64,000 nucleotides of DNA, from NCBI RefSeq assembly GCF_006345805.1, contig NC_043012.1, forward strand, positions 23,126,001 through 23,190,000. The letters run 5' to 3'. Source of the DNA: Octopus sinensis (taxonomy: Eukaryota). Positions within the stretch are counted from its first letter, which is position 1. Every line of letters starts with the position of its first letter. Below the pieces are notes generated by a model. The model saw only the letters and a list, made by a program, of their open reading frames with translations. It had not been told where the DNA came from and ran no database searches. The position numbers and the translations under genes were made by a program. Positions 55,068 to 64,000 of the stretch are shown piece by piece.

Positions 55068-55810
55068 TTGGGTCATCCTATAAATAATGCGGTTCTTTTA
55101 TACTTCTTTTCATCATCATCATCATCATCATTTAACGTCCGCTTTCCATGCTAGCATGGGTTGGACGGTTCAACTGGAGTCTGGCAAGCCCGAAGGCTGC
55201 ACCAAAATTAAGATAAACAAAGTTCTTTTTTAATCTAAACTATACTCTCCTTCATTTTCTACAATGCTCTTTCATCTATCTGGTGGACTTGCAAGGTCCC
55301 CTCTTCCAAAATTCACTTGTCTGTGACAAAGAAATACTCCTCCAGTACTGTTCTCACTGCATCTACAAAATTCCTGTTTTTTCCATCTCAATGATTTTGA
55401 AGATTGCAGAATAATTGATAATCAGATAGGACAATGTCCAGCAAATATGGTGGGTGGAGCATCGTTTCCCATTCAAACTGCTCCAGCCTTTGGAATGTCA
55501 TCCTTGTTGTATGTGGCTGAACATTATTCTGATAAAGAATACCTTTTATTTTAAACCAAAGACCGTCATTTTTCTTCTACTGCTGACTTAACCTGCTCAA
55601 GCTGCTTGCAGTATATCTCCTTTGTTATCATTTGGTTTGGGTTTAAAAGTTCAAAGTGGACTAAACCTTTCATATCCCACCAAACAGATAACAACACCTT
55701 AAGTAGGTGAAGACCTTCCTTAGCCTGAGGTACCGGTGTTTCTCCTTTCCCTACCCACTGTCTTTGGTGGCCAATCATAAGTGTTTGTTTTTGTTATTAT
55801 GTGAAAATAC
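55068..55810 (-). mobile_element. mariner (DD34D) relic with one TIR and a nested SINE tail
   Basis: Minus-strand translation gives KVLLSVWWDMKGLVHFELL and YQNNVQPHT...HPPYLLDIVLSDY, with 34 residues between the second catalytic position (now N) and the third D. TA-TTGGGTCATCC terminus at 55066-55078. Family C tail inserted at 55111-55204. Confidence 0.85.
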
Positions 55811-56341
55811 AATGAGCTCAATATACGGACACCTTAATTAGAAATTCGAAGGGGTACAGGTGTTTGACTAACATTGAGCAGATAGGGATGTAGAAGAAGC
55901 TCTGTTTATCATCACTCAACATAATTCATCATCAGCATCATTTTAGCATCCCCTTTTCCATACTTGCATGTTAGGGGTCAGATAGAATCTGTTGACACTG
56001 GCTTTCTACAACTGAATGCCCTTCCTGTCACCCATCCTCATCTGTTTCCAAGGAAGGTAACATTGCCCCCCCCCCTCCCGTGGCCGGACATGATTTTGCA
56101 TAATGTTGGAAATGAATGATACTGCTTCTGTACGACAGTGGCACTCATTTACAGCAATCAAATAATGTTAAGGAGACACAAACATCCACAAACTCACACA
56201 CACACTTTAAATCTACTAAAGCCACTCCCAGAACTGTAGTTGAAGATACTTGCACGAAGCACCATCCAAAGGGAGTGCACCTGAAGCAAACATTTTAATC
56301 ACACAGCTACATCTGGGTCTATGTATGTATGTATGTATGTA

Positions 56342-56388
<47 letters not shown>

Positions 56389-56736
56389 ATGTATGTATGT
56401 ATGTATGTATGTATCTATCTATCTATCTATCTATCTATCTACACACACACACACATATATACTTATGCATATATATTGTTGATCCGTTGATCCTGTCATC
56501 TCTCATCACACATGGACTTCACCACAGGACATTCTACCTATCTACCCTTTACGGATTCTCTTTTGGACATTTACCCTCCAGCTGCACCTCTCCTACCTAT
56601 GGATCACTGTGGACTCTACTCTTGATGAAAAATTCTTACGTATATATATATATATATAAAATAAATTAATTTACTCTGCTATGTATTGAGTACCTTATTT
56701 ACTGTGGTTAACCCCTACTCAACCGGGACCTACATA

Positions 56737-56770
<34 letters not shown>

Positions 56771-56843
56771 ATACTTACATATATATATATATATCTATAC
56801 TTATATAAATATATGCATATAAATAAGCATATATATATATGTA

Positions 56844-56960
<117 letters not shown>

Positions 56961-57049
56961 ATATATATATACTTATATGGCCACAGCACGTGAGCTGAAA
57001 CTAGATAAAATAAAAAAAAATTAAATAATATATATATATAGGGGAAAAA

Positions 57050-57215
57050 TAAAAAAAAAAACAAAAGACGAAGACTGGTGGTGTAGACAACAAACAGATG
57101 TATTAGTATAACGCTCAGGAAGTGAAAAAGTCTTCACTGTTTTGAGCCTACGCTCTTCCACAGAAAGAAACAAAGAGAGAAAATAAAGAATGTGTAGTGG
57201 CTAGTGAACTATCAT
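57050..57215 (-). mobile_element. hammerhead-like-motif-bearing dispersed element
   Basis: Minus strand TCTTT-CTGTGGA-A-GAGC-GTAG-GCTC-AAAAA (degenerate GAAA), within the family consensus. Confidence 0.55.
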
Positions 57216-58069
57216 GGTGAATGATGATCAATATGTATGTATGTATATATATATACATGCAGTCACTTATACACACATGCATACTTATACACACATAAAT
57301 ACTACATATATACACTTACATTTATACTCGCGCACACAAACATACACACATGCGCACACACAGATATGAATGCGCATGTATGTGTTCAGCTATGGTGTGT
57401 GTGAAGTGGGTGGTGTATGTGTGAGTATATATGTGTAATTCCTACAAGAGAAAGCATGTATTCAAGTCATTAGCAAAAATGTATAATAGACTGACTGCAT
57501 TGATTAATAGGAATTTGATGTAAGTTACTTTTAAATTAGTGTAAGAATATGAAAGTGCAGTGTTTGGGTGCATCACTTGCAACATAAGAGAAATCTGTAA
57601 TTACAGGGAAGTGTCAATTGCTTAAGAGGTTGTCACAGCAAGAGGTTTTGCAAGCTACACTGTTGTTGTTGGTAATGTTGTTGTTTAGGATGTTTTTTTT
57701 CTGAAGTTGCTTTTGCTGTCTTGGTGGAGATAGACAGCTGATGAAAACAAATCTAAACATCTACAGACACAAACAAACAAACAAACAAACCAAAAAAAAA
57801 AAAGAAAAGACAAGAAACTCAGTAGAATGAAAAAAAAAAATGTCATTGTTGTTGTTGATAATGATTTTTGTTTTAAAGTTTCAAATCTATTTCAAAGGTG
57901 GAAAAAAAAAGAAAAACAATAATAAAAAAGAAAAAAAAAGAAAGTGAGTTTCAAAGCTGAAGCAAACATCATTATCACCACCCCTCATCGCTTTAATCAT
58001 CTCTCTATCAACATCACTGTCCTGATGATGACAATGTTGATGATGATTATGATGATGATGACAATAATG

Positions 58070-58106
<37 letters not shown>

Positions 58107-58752
58107 TAATATTAATAATAATAATAACAACAGTAACTATGATGATGATGATAATGATGGTGTTGATGATGCTAAGTTACTGGGAAAAAATAACAGAGTT
58201 AAAAGAAGGAAGGCAAGTGTGAAGACAACATGTGAGTAAATAATTACATGAGAAAATACCAAAAGACTGAGGAAATGTGTGAAAATGAAGAAAGATTGGT
58301 AAAAAGAGAAAAGACCAGAGACAATAGACACACCTAATATATTACAGTAAAACATAAAAGCCTTACATTTTTACTTTATATTTTCTCATAATTTTGTATA
58401 TTAAACAGGCATTTCTGAACATGTTTAGTAGCTTGTGGAGAATGAAGAATACTAAAACTCAGGTGGCGCCAGGCATAAAAATATAATCTTGCATTGTAAA
58501 GTTGTTTCTCTTTATTTTTTTAGTCTAAGGAAAGAGATGCATGGAAGACAGGATAATATGGATTCTATCTTTGGTTTTGTGTTGTATCATATTTCTTTGT
58601 TTATAATATGAGAAGTATAAGGGTCAAAATCCGGGATAACACTGTACTCAAATAATGCACAAAAATCAAAGAAAAAAGAAAAATTAATAGATAAATAACA
58701 GAATAAAAATGGTGGCAAAAATCTATGGAAAGAAATGGAGCAATTGCTATAT

Positions 58753-59437
58753 GTTAGTTAGTTAGTTAATTTTTTGGCTCAAAAAGCAAAAAGCAAGGCC
58801 ATGTAGGGGGACATGGAGTTATGTATAGGGTGGTAGTCATGTAAAGAGTTCAAGCCACATGTGGTCAAGGGAGACTTTGAACCGAGCGGTCGACGGCATC
58901 TTCACCATCTCGTCTGGCATCTTCACCATCTTCACCATCTTGATTGAGATGAAATCGTCGCAGATAGAGCTTTTCGGAATGACCCCGCAGCCGACGCTCT
59001 GGAGCAGGAGTGAAGAACAACTATTTCGAGAGGTTACACTTTCCGCTTATGATGTTGGGAGCAAGAATGAGATCACCATGGCGTCGCCGTTTTTCAAGAG
59101 AATAAAGGTCAAGCATGTTCAGCCTTTCTTCATAAGACAAATTCTTGAGACCAAGAACCATGCGGGTAGCCAGCTTCTGGACTCTTTCGAGATGCTGTAT
59201 GTCTTTGAGGAGATAAGGAGAAGAGGCTTGAATCCCGGACTTCAATATGGGTCTCACCAGCGTGACATATAGCGGTAGGAATATGGCTGCTGTGAGCATT
59301 CCGAATGACTGTCAAATCAAGAACAGAACTCCGCGTGCTTTGTTGGCAACATGGACGCACTGGGCCGAAGGCAAAAAGGAGGAGTCCACCAAGATACCCA
59401 GGTCCTTTACCTGATCGGTCCTCTCCAGCAGTAGACG
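58753..59437 (-). mobile_element. CR1-type LINE 3' fragment (RT C-terminus, 3' UTR and (CTAA)n tail)
   Basis: VKDLGILVDSSF...ANKARGVL...LYVTLVRPILKSG...LERVQKLATRMV.GLKNLSYEERL..LDLYSLEKRR.HGDLI...LRGHSEKL. Tail TTAG repeats at 58753-58770. Confidence 0.9.
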
Positions 59438-59746
59438 ATATGTTGTTATGTGTAGTAAATTCAACTAATTGAAGTTGTTATTATACAACCTATACAGTGT
59501 AATTACACATTCGTTTGTTTAAAAGTGATAAGTTAATTTTAAATTCTTACAATTTTAAAACAGATGTTACATAATTTGATGTATTCTTAGATACACGTAG
59601 ACATACATGCATAACAGTGTGGTGGGGAAAAAGACTGCTTTGCAACCACTTAGTTCCAAGTCTGTTCGCTAAGTGTGGTGCCAGATAGTCATGGTCTTCA
59701 CAGCAATCAATAGAGAGAGCCACCAAAACCATGGGATCTATTTGCA

Positions 59747-60046
59747 CATCATCATCATCGTTTAAACGCCCGTTTTCCGCGCTAGCACGGGTTGGACGGT
59801 TCAACCGGGGTCTGAGAAGCAGGGGCTGCACCAGGCTCCAGTCTGATCTGGCAGTGTTTCTACAGCTGGATGCCCTTCCTAACGCCAACCACTCCGCGAG
59901 TGTAGTGGGTGCTTTTTACGTGCCACCTGCACAGGTGCCAGGGGGGTCTGGCATCGGCCACGATCGGTTGGTGCTTTTAACGTGCCACCGGCACGGAAGC
60001 CAGCCAAAGCGGAGCTGGCATTGGCCACGTTCGGATGGTGCTTTAG
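59747..60046 (-). mobile_element. family C SINE, young copy
   Basis: Near-identical to 14280-14636. Confidence 0.8.
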
Positions 60047-60724
60047 CCATGCTAATTCAAAAGCTCTTAAGAAAGTTTAAATTCAGTTCAGCAAAATGCA
60101 TCCATGCACCTTTAATAGTTAGAAAGTTACAAGACACAGAAGCTGCTATAAATATTTAGATAGGCGTCTACAGTTGACAAAGACTTCATGTTATTGACAT
60201 ACCTCATTTATCTCACAAGCCACTGTAAAATAATTTGTTTAATTATATTAGCAAAATATATTAATTGGTTGAAATCTATAATCAAGTGTTAATCTGCAAT
60301 AAATTTAAAATACCAAACTACCACAAGTTACACACAACATTGTACAGTTTGTGTATGTTTCATTGTATCAGTATATGGGGAACGTATGCATGCATTTTCT
60401 CTTGATGGTGATGTGTGTGTGTGCGTGCACTTTTTGAAGCCTTGTAGTTATGCAATTACAGTACTTTCAGATTGAAACATCTATACACACACACACGTCT
60501 TTTAATCTTTTACTTGTTTCAGTCACTTGACTGTGGCCATGCTGGAGCATTGCCTTTTAGTTGAATAAATCAACCCCAGGACTTATTCTTTGTAAGCCTA
60601 GTGCTTATTCTATCAGTCTCTTTTGCTAAACTGCTAAGTTATAGGGACATAAACACACCAACATTGTCTGTAAAGCAATAGTGGGGGACAAATACATACA
60701 TACACACATATATATATATACATA

Positions 60725-60905
60725 TATATAGTGAGAATTTACGAAAAAACAAAAGATGGAGACGGGTGTTTAAACAACAAACAGATGTATTAGTTTAATG
60801 CTCAGGAAGAAAGTCTTTTACATTTCAAGCCTATGCTCTTCAACAGAAAGGAACACAGAAAGAAACAAGGAGAGAAAATAGAAAAAGGCTTAGTGGCTAG
60901 CAATC
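60725..60905 (-). mobile_element. hammerhead-like-motif-bearing element nested in the internal microsatellite of a family A SINE
   Basis: Minus strand CCTTT-CTGTTGA-A-GAGC-ATAG-GCTT-GAAAT-GTA-AAAG at about 60815-60851. Family A halves lie at about 60500-60720 and 60910-61065. Confidence 0.6.
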
Positions 60906-62429
60906 TACAACTGGCTTCTTTCAGTTTCCATCTACCAGATCCACTCACAAGGTTTTGGTCAGCCTGAGGCTATAGAAGACACTCACCCAATGTGCCATGC
61001 AGTGAGACTGAACCTGGAACTATGTAGTTGAGAAGCAAGTTTCTTACCACACAGCCACTCCTATGTTTGAAAATATATATCAATTCAATCACTATCATAA
61101 GTAAGCTATATACAACATCACCTATTATATCTGTCTGTCTGTCTCTCGTTATCTTTCTATCTCACTCACTCATGAGCAGGTATGAAAGTCCTTTTTTTCA
61201 TCATTATTAGTATTATTAATAGAACCAGCCAAATGTCTTATATACATGAAACCTGGTAGTTAACAGAAGAGAACAAAAGACAAAGAATATGGCGACAACA
61301 TATTATCTGATTGCAATTAGAGACAGAGCATGCATACTCGTATGCAGTTAATGGTCATTGTCATCTACAAAATGAAAAAAAAAAAACCCCAAAAATAACA
61401 AAAAAGGACATCAATGGAACAGAAAAAAAAACTATTTAAGTATGAATATTGAAAGTTAAATCAGGTGAAGAACCAAAAACATAATTCGTGGTAAAGATTT
61501 AATTTGTAGGAAATATGAAAATTTTATATAGAGAATAGATGTGTGGTAAGAAGTTTGCTTCCCAACCACATGGTTCTGGGTTCATTCCTACTGTGTAGCA
61601 GCTGCGGTAGGTGTTTTCTCCCATAGCCACAAGCTGACCAAAGCCTTGTGAGTGCATTTGATAGATGGAAACTGAAAGAAGACCAGGACATAAACATATG
61701 TGTGTGTATGCATGAGTGTATGTCTGTGTTTGTTCCACAACACTATTTAACAACTGGTGTTCATTTGTTTGTGTTCCTGTAACTTAGTGCGGTTCAGCAG
61801 AAGAGATTGATGGAATAAGTACTATGCTTTAAAAAATTAGTCCTGAGGTTAATTTGTTAGATTAAAATCCTTCAAAGTGGTGCCCAAGCATGGTCACAGT
61901 CCAATAACTATAATTCTTAAAAGATAAAAAGATACATATGAAATAAACCAAAACAGGTGAGTTTGTTTATACAACATTTAGTTACAGCATCTTACATGCA
62001 TTTCATTAACACAGAATTATTATCAGTTATACAGTTGCATTATCAAATCTTCAGAGATGTGTAACCCTCATTTGTAATTTTACTGAAAGTAACAGTATCA
62101 TCATCGGAGGTTCCAACACAAAATATATTAATGTGATAAAACAAATATTAACAAAGATTAACGTGATTGACAAATTAATATTACTCTTTCTCATTTTGGC
62201 ATGGGTTAGCAATCTTCAGTGAGGTGGGGGATAAGTTGATAACATCAATCCTCAGTACTTGATGGGTACTTTATTTTATCAACTCTAAAAAGATGAAGGT
62301 AAAGTTTGGCTGAGAAGAATTTGAACTCAGAACATAAAGATTTGGAAGAAATGCCACTAAGCATTTGGTCCAATGCGAGAACAATTCTACCAGTTCACTG
62401 CTTTGGAAAGCTTAGTAGTATTAAGAAAG

Positions 62430-62763
62430 TGAGGGCGCGTGGCTTAGTGGTTAGGGCATTCGGCTCATGATCGTAAGGTTGTGAGTTCGATTCCCGGCGA
62501 CGCGTTGTGTCCTTGAGCAAGACACTTTATTTCACGTTGCTCCAGTCCACTCAGCTGGCAAAAATGAGTTGTACTTGTATTTCAAAGGGTCAGCCTTGTC
62601 ACTCTCTGTGTCACGCTGATTATCCCCGAGAACTACGTTAAGGGTACACGTGTCTGTGGAATGCTCAGCCATTTGCACGTTAATTTCACGAGCAAGCTGT
62701 TCCGTTGATCGTATCAGCTGGGACCCTCGTCGTCGTAACCGGCGGAGTAAGAAAGAAAGAAGA
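62430..62763 (+). mobile_element. young tRNA-headed SINE with 13-bp TSD (family D2)
   Basis: TSD AGTATTAAGAAAG at 62417-62429 and 62764-62776. Box A/B GGCTTAGTGG...GAGTTCGATTCCC. V/CORE-like GTTGTGTCCTTGAGCAAGACACTT. (AAGA)n tail. Confidence 0.85.
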
Positions 62764-63826
62764 AGTATTAAGAAAGAAGATTTCTGCTTATCAACTGGTA
62801 TATTGCTGAAGGCAGGGAACTGGCAAAATCATTTGAACATCACACAAAATGCTTGATGGAATTTCTTCCAGTTCTTTACATTCTGAGTTCAAATCCTGCT
62901 AACTTTGCCTTTCATTCCTTCAGAGTCAATATAATAAAGTACCAGTTAATATAATCAACTAAACCCTCTCTGAAAAAAGTTCAGGCCATGTGCCTATACT
63001 ACAAAGGATTATTATTATTGTTATTGTTGTTGGTAAGGCAGCAAACTGGCTGAATCATTAGCATGCCAGACAAAATGTTTAGCAACATTTTGTCCATCTT
63101 TATATTCCGAGTTCAAATTCTGCTGAGGTCAATTTGCCTTTCATCCTTTTAGGGTTGATAAATTAAGTACCAGTCGAGTACTGGAGTCAATGTAATTTAT
63201 TTACCCCCTTCCCTGAAGTTTCAGGTTTTGTGCCTATAGCAGAAAGGATTATTATTATTATGATTATTATTATTATGATTATTATTATTATTATCATTAT
63301 TTAATATAATGAAGTATATTACATCAGAAATCAGTATTCATATTAAAAATATAAAAATTTGAATATTCAATTGTCTGTAAATATATCAGCAGTCTTAAAC
63401 ACACACACTCAGATAGACTGGAGCAAAAACAGGTCATTAAGGGGAAGGTATAAAGATATAAACAAAAGAAAAAGGGATATCTAAAAAGATATGCAAACAC
63501 ATATACAGAGCCTTAATATGCATAAATATAATTTGTTGAATATTTTATTATGAAAAAATATGGTTTCTCACAAGTCAAACAAAATGAAATTTATTTACAT
63601 AGAAATGCAGAAATATAATTTTCTTTCTGCCAAAGTATATAAAAACTATTTACCCCTTATTTAAAAATAAAATAAAACTTGTTTTATTTAAACAAAATAT
63701 ATGTATGTATAAAAATTTAACACATTTTCAACCATTTCTCAGTATTTCCCATATACATACATGCATGCATACGTATATACATACATAAATGTATACACAC
63801 ACATACACACACACACACACACACAC

Positions 63827-63936
<110 letters not shown>

Positions 63937-64000
63937 TTCTCAGTTTAACAAATAGGAAAAAAAATTACCAACAGGAGATAAAATTTAATTGTACCAGTCT

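Noticed and set aside
61170-61172. Exon-terminal TGA as selenocysteine
   Set aside because: There is no selenoprotein-like context or SECIS evidence, and the exon itself is unproven.
62430-62505. tRNA gene (also 37551-37625 and family A/B heads)
   Set aside because: These tRNA-like heads continue into SINE bodies with tails and TSDs, and the cloverleaf stems are imperfect.

Overview
AT-rich eukaryotic genomic DNA dominated by microsatellites ((TA)n, (CA)n, (ATT)n, (GAT)n) and dispersed repeats. The repeat repertoire (tRNA-headed SINEs with Nin-like domains, SINEs with (GAT)n tails, Dong/R4, CR1, Tc1/mariner relics) strongly suggests an intronic or intergenic region of an octopus/coleoid cephalopod genome; this is an inference and no search was run. 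I cannot identify any intact protein-coding gene. Nearly all ORF-track entries are translated microsatellites or repeats, and only a few weak candidate exons remain. Recognisable protein relics are a DD37D (maT) transposase (about 27.96-29.05 kb), a DD34D mariner (55.07-55.81 kb), a Dong/R4 RLE C-terminus (50.4-50.7 kb) and a CR1 RT C-terminus (58.75-59.44 kb). The most notable unannotated signal is a dispersed element of about 180 bp, present in about 8 copies and usually next to or inside (TA)n tracts, that carries a minimal Penelope-type hammerhead-ribozyme fold with a shared non-canonical core (CUGUNGA). It occurs alongside a canonical-core hammerhead at 13.6 kb and long fold-back hairpins. 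Also present are a 69-bp array built from a SINE 3' tail, a 2.36-kb 32-bp minisatellite with higher-order structure, and two young SINEs with different heads but a shared 3' module.
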